This document shows positions 9,644 to 19,234 of a stretch of DNA of 64,000 nt, piece by piece; the stretch's first letter is position 1, and each line of letters starts with the position of its first letter. This stretch comes from Planctomycetota bacterium (lineage in GTDB: Bacteria; Planctomycetota; SZUA-567; H5-PLA8), in the NCBI GenBank assembly GCA_038227875.1, contig JBBRPR010000042.1, positions 12,125-76,124 on the forward strand. The letters are read 5' to 3'. Position numbers and translations under genes: made by a program. The notes beneath the pieces are model-generated. The model was not told the origin of the DNA. It did not search any database and was given only the letters and a program-made list of their open reading frames with translations.

Positions 9644-11272
9644 TCAAGGTTTGGGCGCGCCGCTCAGATTGTCTTCGTCTTCGTCGTCCGCTTTCTTTTC
9701 CGGGGGCGCTTCGTTCTTCATCTTTTCGTTGTCTTCGTCCTCCGCTTTCTTTTCCGGCGGCGCTTCGTTCTGCATTTTTTCGATGATGTTGCTGGAGCTG
9801 CGGCCTGGGACCAGCTCGATGCGTTCCACGCGACCGCCGTAGGCTTCGACCACGTCCCAGCCGACGACGTCTTCCTTACGCTTGTAGTCGGCGCCTTTGC
9901 AGAGGATGTCGGGCTTGATCGCCTCGATGAGCTGCAGAGGCGTGTCTTCGCCGAAGAGCACCACGCCGTCGACACTCTCCAGTCCGGTGAGCAGCCGTGC
10001 GCGGTCGTCTTCCTGATTGATCGGCCGGTTTTTTCCTTTCAAGCGGCGCACGGACGCATCGGTGTTGATGCCCACAAAAAGCGCGTCGCCGAGCTGCCGC
10101 GACTTTTCCAGATACGTCATGTGGCCGAGATGGATCACGTCGAAGCAGCCGTTGGTGAAGACGACCTTCTTGCCGCTGCGCCGCAACGCGGTCGCCTGTT
10201 CGGCAGCTTGCGCGGCGGTCATCAATTTTCCCACCGAACGCGGTGTGCGTTCGCCGAGGAGTTCCAGGATTTCGTGGTCGGAGACCGAGGCGGTGCCAAA
10301 TTTCGCGACCTTCGCGCCCGCAGCGGCATTGCCCAGCCACGCGGCCAGCGGCATGGAAGCTCCGGCAGCCAGCGCCAGGCACGTCACCGCGCCGGCGACA
10401 TCGCCGGCTCCGGCTTCGCCGCGCACCGTCGTGGCGTGAGAGGGAAATGAGACGCTGGTGTTGTCGGCGCAGGCAATGGAAACGCCGCGTTCAGATCGCG
10501 TCAGCATCACGTTTTTCACCCGCAATCCGTTCCGGAGCTGATGCGCGGACTCTTCGCAGACCTGGTCGTCTGAGGTGTGGCGTAAGCCCAGCACATAGGA
10601 ATCCATCGAGCCGAGAAAGCCCTGCGCTTCCTTCCAATTCGGCTTGATCACCGTCGCACCGGCGTAGCGCGACCAGTCGCGGCCCTTCGGATCGACCACG
10701 ACGGGGCGATTTTCCGCGGCCTTGATCGCGACGCTGCACACCTGCTCGGTCAACAGCCCTTTCTTATAATCACTGAGCAACACCGCGTCGGCGGTGGCGG
10801 CGACGGCAGCGATGCGCGCGGAGAAATCGGCGAGGATCGCGTCGCTGAGCGGGTGCTTGCCTTCGCGATCGATGCGCAGGAGATGCTGGCGCCCGGAGAT
10901 GATGCGCGTCTTCACCGTCGTCGGCCGCGACGGATCCTTCACCACCAGGCTGGTGTCGATGCGTAGACCTTGAGCTTCGGCGATCAACTGCGCCGCCTGC
11001 GGATCGTCGCCGGTGATGCAGGCGAGCGTCACGCGCGCGCCGAGCGCCGCGAGACACTTGGCCACGTTGGCGGCGCCGCCGAGCATGCTTTCCTCACGTT
11101 CGACCTGGACGATCTGCACCGGCGCTTCCGGCGAGATGCGCGCGGTCGTGCCATAGGTGTAGCAATCCAGCATCGCGTCGCCGACGACCAGCACATGGCG
11201 GCCGACCATGGCGCGAAGGAGGCTACGCACGGCCGCGGTGTCGGGCGGATTGAATTGCAGTCGGCGGATCAT
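9644..11272 (-). CDS. hldE: Bifunctional heptose 7-phosphate kinase / heptose 1-phosphate adenylyltransferase
   Basis: VVGDAMLD, RISPEAPV, GGAANVA, LSDYKKG, VFTNGCFDVIHLGH and KGADY. Confidence 0.93.
   Translation of the reverse strand: MIRRLQFNPPDTAAVRSLLRAMVGRHVLVVGDAMLDCYTYGTTARISPEAPVQIVQVEREESMLGGAANVAKCLAALGARVTLACITGDDPQAAQLIAEAQGLRIDTSLVVKDPSRPTTVKTRIISGRQHLLRIDREGKHPLSDAILADFSARIAAVAATADAVLLSDYKKGLLTEQVCSVAIKAAENRPVVVDPKGRDWSRYAGATVIKPNWKEAQGFLGSMDSYVLGLRHTSDDQVCEESAHQLRNGLRVKNVMLTRSERGVSIACADNTSVSFPSHATTVRGEAGAGDVAGAVTCLALAAGASMPLAAWLGNAAAGAKVAKFGTASVSDHEILELLGERTPRSVGKLMTAAQAAEQATALRRSGKKVVFTNGCFDVIHLGHMTYLEKSRQLGDALFVGINTDASVRRLKGKNRPINQEDDRARLLTGLESVDGVVLFGEDTPLQLIEAIKPDILCKGADYKRKEDVVGWDVVEAYGGRVERIELVPGRSSSNIIEKMQNEAPPEKKAEDEDNEKMKNEAPPEKKADDEDEDNLSGAPKP
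9669..9782. repeat. Tandem duplication (about 54-60 bp, 2 copies) in the 3' end of hldE
   Basis: Encodes EKM(Q/K)NEAPPEKKA(E/D)DED twice. Confidence 0.85.
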
Positions 11273-12252
11273 GTTGCGGCGTTTCCCCGGGGCGTGTTTT
11301 CAAGCAGCAGGTGTTTGCGGACGTAATCGGCGATGCCGTCTTCCAGCGTGTGAAACGTATGCGCGAAACCGGACGCGAGCAGCTTGGCCGTTTCGGCCTG
11401 GGTGAAGTACTGGTAGCGGCCTTTCAAATCGTCGGGCATCGCAATGTAGTCGATGTGCGGCACATGACCCAGCGCGTTGAAGATGCCCAGCGTCAGGTCG
11501 CGGTACGAACGCGCGACGCCTGTTCCTACATTATAAAGCCCGTTGTTGCCGGTTGCGGGCGTGTGAAGAAAATGGAGGACCGCGGCGACGGCGTCTTTGA
11601 CGTAGATAAAATCGCGCATCTGCCCGCCGTCGGGATAGTCGGGGTGATCGGATTTGAAAAGCCGCGCCTTGCCGGTCTTCTGAATCTGGTGGAAAAAATG
11701 GAAGACGACGGAGGCCATGCGAGCTTTGTGCTGCTCACGCGGTCCGAAGACGTTGAAAAATTTCAGACCGGCCCAGAGCGGCGGCGTCGCGGATTGTTCC
11801 AGCGCCCAGAGATCAAACAACTGCTTCGATTCGCCGTAGAGATTCAGCGGCTTGAGTTTCGCCGGGTGTTCGCGGTCGTTGTAGCCCAGCGCACCGTCGC
11901 CGTACGTCGCGGCGCTCGACGCATACACGAAGCGCTTTCTGTAGCCGGTGCAGAGGTTCCACAGGCTGCGCGTGTATTCGTAATTGGTGCTCATCATGTA
12001 ATCGCGGTTGGTTTCGGTGGTGTCGCTGCAGGCGCCCATGTGGACGACGCCGTCGACGCGCGCGTGGTTCTTTTCGAGCCACGCAAAGATCGCGTCCTTC
12101 TCCACGTAACCGCGGATTTTCAGGCCGGCGAGGTTCCCGGTTTTCGCGTCCGCGCCGGGGGTATCGACGGCCAGAACTTCCGCGCCATGCACATTCAGGG
12201 CGGCAACGACGTTCGAACCGATGAATCCGGCAGCGCCAGTGACAATGATCAT
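11269..12252 (-). CDS. hldD: ADP-L-glycero-D-manno-heptose 6-epimerase
   Basis: TGAAGFIGS, HMGACSDTT, YASSAATYG, PLNLYGESK and RYQYFTQA. Confidence 0.95.
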   Translation of the reverse strand: MIIVTGAAGFIGSNVVAALNVHGAEVLAVDTPGADAKTGNLAGLKIRGYVEKDAIFAWLEKNHARVDGVVHMGACSDTTETNRDYMMSTNYEYTRSLWNLCTGYRKRFVYASSAATYGDGALGYNDREHPAKLKPLNLYGESKQLFDLWALEQSATPPLWAGLKFFNVFGPREQHKARMASVVFHFFHQIQKTGKARLFKSDHPDYPDGGQMRDFIYVKDAVAAVLHFLHTPATGNNGLYNVGTGVARSYRDLTLGIFNALGHVPHIDYIAMPDDLKGRYQYFTQAETAKLLASGFAHTFHTLEDGIADYVRKHLLLENTPRGNAAT

Positions 12253-12318
12253 GGGGGAATGTTAGCGCGGTCGGCGGCGATTTCACCGCGCAAATGGACG
12301 CTGATATCCCAGACCCCT

Positions 12319-12358
12319 TCGACTCGCTCGGGCACCAATTGGTGCCCGGGCGAGTCGA
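12319..12358. repeat. AATT-centred intergenic palindrome (40 bp, 1 mismatch)
   Basis: TCGACTCGCTCGGGCACC-AATT-GGTGCCCGGGCGAGTCGA. Confidence 0.85.
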
Positions 12359-12464
12359 GGCCTGTTTTCGGCAAGATCTTCAACTTTCTGACATAAGCCG
12401 GATTTTCTGTAACGCCCATCCTATACACGCGACAGATGAGGCGTGAGCCCTCAGGAGTGCCCCC

Positions 12465-13415
12465 GTGAACCGATTTCCGCGACTGGTCCTGCTCCTCGTG
12501 CTTTGCTGCGCCTACGGAATCCGTGCGGCAGAAGTGGTGGACGATGTCGACGACGACACGGTGATCCGTAAACGCCCCCTCGAAATTGAGATTCCCAAAG
12601 AGGCTCCCGAAAAGAAGCCGGAGGTTAAGAAGACCCCTCCCCCGCCCGCTCCTGCGGCGCCAGCCAAGGCTGCCAAAGTGGAGAAGGCGCTGATCGATCT
12701 GCTCGCCTTGAAAGCGCCGGAAGCGGAATTCAACGCGGAGATCCGCGCCATCGCCAAAATGCTGATGGAGCGGAAGTTCACGAAGGACGAGCACGACGAC
12801 TTACTGCTGGCCGTCACGCGAAATGTGGATCGTTCCGCGAAGGCGTTTGGCGCACTGCTCGACCCGCGCGCCAACCTGGATGCGAAATTGCGACTGGGTG
12901 CGCTGGAAGGACTGCGGCTGGCGTACACCGGTTCGGCCGGTGGGTTTCTCGGCGCGTCGGCGCTGAGCGAACCCAACCCGGACGTGCGGCGCGCGGTAAT
13001 TCAATTGATCAAGGATCGCAACGACCGCGTGGCGATGAAGTACCTGTTTAAGGCGTTGCTGAATTCCGTCGAAAACGGTGAATCCACCGCCGTGACCAAC
13101 TCCGCCCTGAACACGGCCGCGATCGCGGCGCTGCATGATCTCGGCGACAAACAAGTTTACGAAGTACTGCTCTTCCTCGAACGCGTCGCCATGGCCAACG
13201 GCATTACCGGCACGCCGTACCTCGACGGCATCAAGATCGATCCGCCCAACACCGACCTGCAATGCATCACGCCCAATGCTGAAGTGGGGATGATGCAGTA
13301 CACGCAGACGTTTCCCGGGCTGTCCGCGCTGAAAGCCATCAGCGGCGAAAATTTCGGCCACGATTTGAAGAAGTGGGCGGACTGGATTGATAAGCAGCCG
13401 GCGTATCGGAAGTGA
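12465..13415 (+). CDS. Secreted HEAT-repeat-like helical protein
   Basis: Signal peptide, EPNPDVRRAVIQL, and C-terminal ALKAISGENFGHDLKKWADW. Confidence 0.7.
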   Translation: MNRFPRLVLLLVLCCAYGIRAAEVVDDVDDDTVIRKRPLEIEIPKEAPEKKPEVKKTPPPPAPAAPAKAAKVEKALIDLLALKAPEAEFNAEIRAIAKMLMERKFTKDEHDDLLLAVTRNVDRSAKAFGALLDPRANLDAKLRLGALEGLRLAYTGSAGGFLGASALSEPNPDVRRAVIQLIKDRNDRVAMKYLFKALLNSVENGESTAVTNSALNTAAIAALHDLGDKQVYEVLLFLERVAMANGITGTPYLDGIKIDPPNTDLQCITPNAEVGMMQYTQTFPGLSALKAISGENFGHDLKKWADWIDKQPAYRK

Positions 13416-13420
13416 CGACG

Positions 13421-13624
13421 AACGGATGGCATCGGGGATCGGGCATCAGGCATCGGTTAATGGGTGGGTGCGGCCGCCAGTCGTGTTCCGCTACAAGTTG
13501 ATGTCGATTTCTATTTCATCATTCAAGAGCGTCGCCAATTCGCATCGGATCAACGTTCCAGCAACCGGCCATTCCAAGTCACCGATGCCAGATGCCAGAT
13601 GCCCGATCCCCGATGCCATCTGTT
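13421..13624. repeat. Inverted-repeat element built from GGCATC(G/A/T) heptamers (REP/STRR-like), copy 1
   Basis: Left arm GATGGCATCGGGGATCGGGCATCAGGCATCGGT is the reverse complement of the right arm at 13581-13620, which has one extra unit. Confidence 0.85.
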
Positions 13625-13683
13625 AGACACTCTCCCCTGACACGGTAAGCTTGCTCCATCCCCCAGCAAAGGATGCGCAGCGC

Positions 13684-14709
13684 ATGCCCTTCCGCCTCGA
13701 CGAAGTCCGCACATTTCTGCTCTCCTATTTTGAATCGTTGCAGGACACCGGCGGGCGCTACGGCGCTTATCGCGCGGGTCCGCGCTTGCGGACGGATCTT
13801 TACGCCTCGCTGGATGTCGCGTTGATGCGTGCGATCATGGGCGAGAATCTGCTCGCTTTGCCGGAGAAACAGCGCGCGGAGTGGACAGACCACATCAATT
13901 CGTTCGCGGAATCGACGCACAATCAGCCGATCACCGGTTGTTATGGCGATACGCACGGTCATTCGAAGCTCCACGCCAACGGCATGGTCATCGGCGCGCT
14001 GGGAATGATTGGTGGAAAAATGCGTCACCCGGTGACGCTGTACGACGGCTTCAATTCGCCCGAAAAAGTCGCCGGCTGGCTGGAGACCATCGACTGGGCC
14101 CGTCAATGGAGCGCCTCGCACCTGTTCTGGGGCGGGATGCACTGCTTCAGTTTCAGTGCGCGCTGCATGCCGGCATGGTTCGACGCCGTCTTTGCCTGGC
14201 TGAATGCGAATGTCGATGAGAAAACCGGATGGTGGCGCAAGGGCGTCCCGCACTCCGACCGCCATCAGCCGCTCGGCGGCAGCGTTCACATCGTCCCGAT
14301 TTACGAACACCACGGCCGCGCGTTTCCGTACCCCGAGCGCGTGATCGATAGCGTACTGGCGATGCAGCTTCCCAACGGCTACTGGCTGCAGCACAACGGC
14401 GCACCGTATGTCACGTACCTGGAACTCGATGCGCTCTACGCCTACCGCGTGATGCAGACGTGGGCGCCCAATTACCGCCGCGACGACGTGATGAAATCCG
14501 TCGACCGTTTCGGCACGTGCGTGATTGAGTACTTCAACCAGAAGCGCGATATGATCGCCGCGCACCATCCACACCTGGTCCTCGGACTGGTCGGCACCTT
14601 TGGACTGTTGCAACACCTACAGCCGGATCGTTTCGTCGACAGCGTAAAGTGGAGCGACATATTCAGCGACCGGCAGCTTTATCGCACGAAGGAAGTCGAA
14701 GTATTCTGA
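13684..14709 (+). CDS. Hypothetical protein, possible prenyltransferase-like alpha/alpha toroid
   Basis: Long ORF with QW-like motifs (LQDTGGRY, NVDEKTGWW, MQLPNGYW). The fold is an inference. Confidence 0.6.
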   Translation: MPFRLDEVRTFLLSYFESLQDTGGRYGAYRAGPRLRTDLYASLDVALMRAIMGENLLALPEKQRAEWTDHINSFAESTHNQPITGCYGDTHGHSKLHANGMVIGALGMIGGKMRHPVTLYDGFNSPEKVAGWLETIDWARQWSASHLFWGGMHCFSFSARCMPAWFDAVFAWLNANVDEKTGWWRKGVPHSDRHQPLGGSVHIVPIYEHHGRAFPYPERVIDSVLAMQLPNGYWLQHNGAPYVTYLELDALYAYRVMQTWAPNYRRDDVMKSVDRFGTCVIEYFNQKRDMIAAHHPHLVLGLVGTFGLLQHLQPDRFVDSVKWSDIFSDRQLYRTKEVEVF

Positions 14710-14727
14710 TTTCTTTGACGCGCTAGC

Positions 14728-14756
14728 TTGACATAGTGTAATTTGGACACTATAAT
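14728..14756 (+). promoter_or_regulatory. Consensus sigma70 promoter with an overlapping inverted repeat
   Basis: TTGACA-N17-TATAAT, overlapped by ATAGTGT...ACACTAT (14733-14753). Confidence 0.8.
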
Positions 14757-14762
14757 TCATTC

Positions 14763-15905
14763 ATGAAATCGTCGCTGCGGTTGCTGCTGATTGTCGCGAT
14801 CGGCGGAACGCTGATTGCGTTCGCGGCGGTGTATCGGCGCGCGCGGATCGAATCGCAGGGAATTACTCCGCGTCTGCGACCCTTATCGCAAAAGGAAGCT
14901 TTCCGCGCACAGCCTGGGAAGGAGTCGTCGATGAACGAGAACGAACCGATCACGCGGCTGTCGTTTGATGCGGCGACGCTTTTCGCGGAACATCCGCCAC
15001 GCTTGTACAATCGCAACAAGGAAGTCGTGTACGCCAAAGCGTGCCCGCCGGGTTGCGTGCACAGCGGCACGCTGGAATTCACGCGCTGGCGCGAGATGAA
15101 ACTGCCCGAGCAGATCCCCGCGGCCGCGCCGAAAATCGAACCGCGAATCGACATCTACGGCTACGAAAAAAACGTGCCGGGATACTCCGAATGGTACGTG
15201 AACTTCGCCGATGAGCATCTCTTCGCCTACTATGGTGGTTCGCTCCTGGCGCAGGATGAATTGCAGGTCGCGGAGCACCCGGGCCTTGGCGCGTTGCGCG
15301 AAGCGCTGCTGACGAAGGGACTTGAATTCGGCACGTACCAGGATTTCCGGCCGACGCCAGTGCTCGTCAAGGGCGTAGAGCGGCGCTGTGCGTTGTCGCT
15401 CGGTGTGGATTCCTCGCAAGATCGCCCGCGTGGATTGTATGGGAACAATTTCGGCGCGGCGCCGGTGGTGGCCATTGAGAAGGCAATCCGCGTGATCGAG
15501 CCGCCGAGCGTGTCGAACATCATCGCCATCGCCGCGCCGTCAGGCGGAAGCGGCGCTTACACGGTCGAAGAAATCGAACTGATTCTGGCGACGGCGTACA
15601 CAGGCTTTCGCGCGGCGAAGTTGGAATCAAAAGATCCGGTAATTGTTCACACGGGGTTCTGGGGCTGCGGCGCGTTCGGTGGGAATCGGCAACTGATGGC
15701 GATGTTGCAAGTGCTTGCCGCTCGACTGGCGCATGTGGACAGCGTCGTCTTTCACACGTTCGATGCCAGCGGGCTGAAGCGGTTTGAAAGTGCGCAAGCA
15801 ACTCTTGATCGATTGCTCGCGCAAGAACCGCCGCCGAATATCGCAGCGTTGATTCAGGAAATTCAAAAGCTGGATTACGAATGGGGCATCAGCGACGGCA
15901 ATTAA
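14763..15905 (+). CDS. Poly(ADP-ribose) glycohydrolase (PARG)-like macrodomain protein
   Basis: YVNFAD, GGSLLAQDE, and VHTGFWGCGAFGGN (canonical PARG TGNWGCGAFGG). Alternative start ATG 14931 with AGGAG. Confidence 0.75.
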   Translation: MKSSLRLLLIVAIGGTLIAFAAVYRRARIESQGITPRLRPLSQKEAFRAQPGKESSMNENEPITRLSFDAATLFAEHPPRLYNRNKEVVYAKACPPGCVHSGTLEFTRWREMKLPEQIPAAAPKIEPRIDIYGYEKNVPGYSEWYVNFADEHLFAYYGGSLLAQDELQVAEHPGLGALREALLTKGLEFGTYQDFRPTPVLVKGVERRCALSLGVDSSQDRPRGLYGNNFGAAPVVAIEKAIRVIEPPSVSNIIAIAAPSGGSGAYTVEEIELILATAYTGFRAAKLESKDPVIVHTGFWGCGAFGGNRQLMAMLQVLAARLAHVDSVVFHTFDASGLKRFESAQATLDRLLAQEPPPNIAALIQEIQKLDYEWGISDGN

Positions 15906-15970
15906 ATAGTTGAGCAATCCGGCGACCCCGCCTACAGTGATATGTCCTACTTGTAAAGGGAGGACAAGCC

Positions 15971-16960
15971 ATGGCGAAGGTCGTGCGAATTGGTTTCTTC
16001 GGTGCGGGCGGGATTGCGCAGCACCATCTCAATCACCTCAAGGAAATTCCCGAAGCGTCCGTCGTGGCGCTCTGCGACATCAACGCCGAACGCGTGAAGG
16101 CCATCGCCGATCCGCTCGGCGCGGCGACATACACCGATAGCGCCAAGATGCTGGCCGAATCCAAGCTCGACGCGCTCTACATCTGCGTCCCGCCGCACGC
16201 GCACGGCGACATTGAAATCCGCGCGGCGCAGAAGGGGTTGCACCTCTTCATCGAGAAGCCGGTCAATCTCTATCTCGATCAGGCGAAGAAAGCCGCGGAC
16301 GCGATCCGCAAAGCCGGCGTCTTCTCGCAGGTTGGCTACAGCCTGCGCTACATCAACAGCGCGGTGCGGCTGAAGGAATTTCTAAAAGACAAGGTCGTCG
16401 GCACGGCGCACGTCTTCCGCTGGAATGGAATTCCCGGCGTCCCGTGGTGGCGCAAGTACGATCAAGGCGGCGGCCAGTTCGTCGAGATGACCACGCATCA
16501 GCTCGACCTGTTGCGCTGGGTGATGGGCGATGTCGCCGCGGTCTCCGCGAGTTACTCGTTCAACCGCATCTTCAAAGACCAGGCCGACGTCACCGTACCC
16601 GACAGCCAGGCGATTCTGCTCCATTTCAAGTCCGGCGCGTCGGCGACGATCAACACCGCCTGCGGACTGGGCAAAGCTTCTCTCGGCGGCGTCGACTTCG
16701 CGATCAAAGACGCGAAGGTGTCCTGGAAGCACGACGCGCTCGTGGTCGAACCCGCCGACGGCTACCCCCTGCCGCCAGCACCCGTGGAGACGATCAGCAT
16801 CGACAACGCCTTCGTGCGCGCGATCGTCAGCGGCAACGCCACCTTCCTGCGCAGCCCCTACGACGACGCAATGAAGTCCGCCGCCGTCACCCTGGCCGCC
16901 AATCTCTCCGCGGAGAACGGCGGACGGCTGGTGAAGATGGAAGAGGTGTTGAAGGACTGA
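15971..16960 (+). CDS. Gfo/Idh/MocA oxidoreductase
   Basis: GAGGIA, ICVPPHAH, HLFIEKP and EMTTHQLDLLRW. Confidence 0.92.
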   Translation: MAKVVRIGFFGAGGIAQHHLNHLKEIPEASVVALCDINAERVKAIADPLGAATYTDSAKMLAESKLDALYICVPPHAHGDIEIRAAQKGLHLFIEKPVNLYLDQAKKAADAIRKAGVFSQVGYSLRYINSAVRLKEFLKDKVVGTAHVFRWNGIPGVPWWRKYDQGGGQFVEMTTHQLDLLRWVMGDVAAVSASYSFNRIFKDQADVTVPDSQAILLHFKSGASATINTACGLGKASLGGVDFAIKDAKVSWKHDALVVEPADGYPLPPAPVETISIDNAFVRAIVSGNATFLRSPYDDAMKSAAVTLAANLSAENGGRLVKMEEVLKD

Positions 16961-16965
16961 CGGTT

Positions 16966-17096
16966 AGATGGCATCGGGGATCGGGCATCGGTCAGTGGGT
17001 TGAGTGCGAAGCGAACTTCATCCGCAACGGGACATCATTCCTGGTTCTGACCACACATTTCGACCGATGCCCGATGCCTGATCCCCGATGCCGTCT
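16966..17096. repeat. Heptamer inverted-repeat element, copy 2
   Basis: AGATGGCATCGGGGATCGGGCATCGGTC ... GACCGATGCCCGATGCCTGATCCCCGATGCCGTCT, between convergent genes. Confidence 0.85.
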
Positions 17097-17105
17097 GTTA
17101 GCAGT

Positions 17106-17927
17106 TCATCCCATCCACGCAATCATCGCCATGCGGCCGGTATTACGAAGTCCTTGGCGCGTAGCACGGCGGTGAGAGAAGAACAGGTCTTCGCGGCAGC
17201 AGGTGCAGGTGGTGTCGATACCGATGCGTTCCATGCGCACGCCGCGGCTCAACAGGCGGTCGCGGGCGGCTTCGCGGAGATCGATGGTCGGCTTGGCCCC
17301 TGAATTCCGAGTCGCGTACGCCGCGCCGATTCCGGCGACGACTTCCTCGCCGACTTCAAAGCAGCACGGCCCGATCGACGGGCCGCCGACGGCGTGAATG
17401 TTTTTGGGATCAGCGCCGGATTCGGTCATACAATTCAATGTCGCTTCCAGAATTCCGCCGGCCATGCCGCGCCAGCCGGCGTGCGCGACGCCGAGCACCT
17501 TCGCCACCGGATCGGCCAGTGCGACGAGCAGACAGTCGGCGCTGAAACACATCAGCGGCAGATGACGCACGGTCGTGACCAGCGCGTCGACGCCTTCAAT
17601 CGCATCGCTGTGTGTAAACGTACCGCGGCCGGCGTCCTGGGCATCGACGCGAGCACATTGAGCGCCGTGAACTTGTTGCGCGACGACGGGCGCGTTTTCG
17701 CTCATCTTAAAGGTAGCGAGCACGCGGCGGCGGTTTTCGCGGACTTTTCGCGGATCGTCCCCAACGTGCAACGCAAGATTGAGACTGTCGAATGGCGCCG
17801 CTGAAGTTCCTTCCTGGCGCGAAGAAAAGCACATCTTAAAGGGAGAAGGGAGCCGGTCGCGGGACCAGATCGCGCTGCTGAGCGGCTGGGTCGCCATTTC
17901 GGCGGAGGGCAAAGCGTCGATCATCAT
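17106..17927 (-). CDS. pgeF: YfiH/PgeF purine nucleoside phosphorylase / peptidoglycan editing factor
   Basis: LNLALHVGDD, QVHG, DALVT, SADC, AHAGWRG, GPSIGPCCFEVG and FFSHRR. AAGGAG RBS before ATG 17927. Confidence 0.92.
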   Translation of the reverse strand: MMIDALPSAEMATQPLSSAIWSRDRLPSPFKMCFSSRQEGTSAAPFDSLNLALHVGDDPRKVRENRRRVLATFKMSENAPVVAQQVHGAQCARVDAQDAGRGTFTHSDAIEGVDALVTTVRHLPLMCFSADCLLVALADPVAKVLGVAHAGWRGMAGGILEATLNCMTESGADPKNIHAVGGPSIGPCCFEVGEEVVAGIGAAYATRNSGAKPTIDLREAARDRLLSRGVRMERIGIDTTCTCCREDLFFSHRRATRQGLRNTGRMAMIAWMG

Positions 17928-18063
17928 GGCGGTGCTCCTTTCCAAATCCTGAGTGCTACCGGGCTTGTATCGACTAAATAGCGTCTCGTCCACGCTTAAT
18001 TCTGACTTGGATTGCGCGTCAGAAGCGCATGGCGCATTTTGCTTTAAAGTTTGTTGAGAGTGC

Positions 18064-18093
18064 TTGACGGCAAGGTGATTGTGCCACTAGTAT
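18064..18093 (+). promoter_or_regulatory. Putative sigma70 promoter of the cytochrome operon
   Basis: TTGACG-N18-TAGTAT. Confidence 0.45.
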
Positions 18094-18197
18094 ATCGCCT
18101 TCACCGAAGCGGGTATGTTGCGCCATGCGTTCTCAGGAATCGGAACGCACAACGGGTAGCACCCATGTCACGAGTCATCATAAGGGAGTGAAAGAGC

Positions 18198-19181
18198 GTG
18201 CTGATTGACTCCTCTCACAAACGCTGGGCAACGTTTACGATAATTGCGTTGGCCTTGGCGTCGGGATATTTCGCGTTCTATTACCAACACAGCTACGCGG
18301 AACCGGGCGGCAACGGTCCGACTGGCGCGTCCTGGCCGGGCTTGGCCTACGGCATCATCGGCTTTGCGATGATGATCTTCTGCGGCTTGCTCGGCATCCG
18401 CCGCCGCGTGCGCATCTGGCGGCTGGGCAAAGGTCAGGCGTGGCTGCGCGCGCACATCTGGCTGGGCCTGTTGGCGTTTCCGCTGATTCTGTTTCACTCC
18501 GGTCTGCGCTTCGGCCACGGCCCGGCGATGCTCTCGTTCTGGCTGATGGTGCTCTTCTCGATCGTGCTCGTCTCAGGCATCGTCGGCGTGCTGCTGCAGA
18601 ATATTCTCCCCCGCTCGCTGCTGCTGCGCGTGCAGGCGGAGACGACGTTCGAACAGATTCCGCTGGTGATCAATGCGCTCCGCTTTGAAGCCGATGGACT
18701 CGTCCGCCAGGTCTGCGGACCGCTGGGCAACGAGAAGCCCGGCGACGAAGCGGAAGACCAGGCCTCGATGACCGGCGGCATGACTTCGACGACGAAAAAA
18801 GAAGGCGCCGTGCAGGGCAAGGTGATGAAGTCCCGCAACAAGGGACCGATGATGCAGTTGATGGAAGGCTCCGCGCCGCTGAAAGCATTTTACCTGAACG
18901 AAGTCCAGCCGTTCCTCCACACGGAAATCACAGTGGGAAGCAAACTGGCCACTCAGCGCAGCGCGGTGGCGCTGTTCCAGCACACCCGCACGCTGCTGCC
19001 TGATCCCCTGCATGAAACGCTGCGCGATCTGGAATCGGTCTGCGATGAACGCCGCCAGCTGGCGCTGCAGTCTCGCCTGCATTTCTGGCTGCACAGCTGG
19101 GAATACCTGCATGTTCCGCTGTCGTACGCGCTGTTGGCTCTGTCGGTCGTGCACGCGATTGTCGCGAGCGTGAAGTACTAA
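18198..19181 (+). CDS. Integral membrane protein, possible heme b-binding partner of the multiheme cytochrome
   Basis: About 5 TM helices with spaced His pairs: WLRAHIWLG...LILFHSG and WEYLHVPLS...VVHAI. Confidence 0.75.
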   Translation: MLIDSSHKRWATFTIIALALASGYFAFYYQHSYAEPGGNGPTGASWPGLAYGIIGFAMMIFCGLLGIRRRVRIWRLGKGQAWLRAHIWLGLLAFPLILFHSGLRFGHGPAMLSFWLMVLFSIVLVSGIVGVLLQNILPRSLLLRVQAETTFEQIPLVINALRFEADGLVRQVCGPLGNEKPGDEAEDQASMTGGMTSTTKKEGAVQGKVMKSRNKGPMMQLMEGSAPLKAFYLNEVQPFLHTEITVGSKLATQRSAVALFQHTRTLLPDPLHETLRDLESVCDERRQLALQSRLHFWLHSWEYLHVPLSYALLALSVVHAIVASVKY

Positions 19182-19234
19182 GTTCTCCGGCTTCTAGATA
19201 GCTCCCGGTACGCAACGCTTCACAGGAGTAGTTC

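Noticed and set aside
13421..13624. Possible CRISPR array
   Set aside because: The repeats are inverted heptamer runs, not direct repeats with unique spacers, and there are no cas genes.
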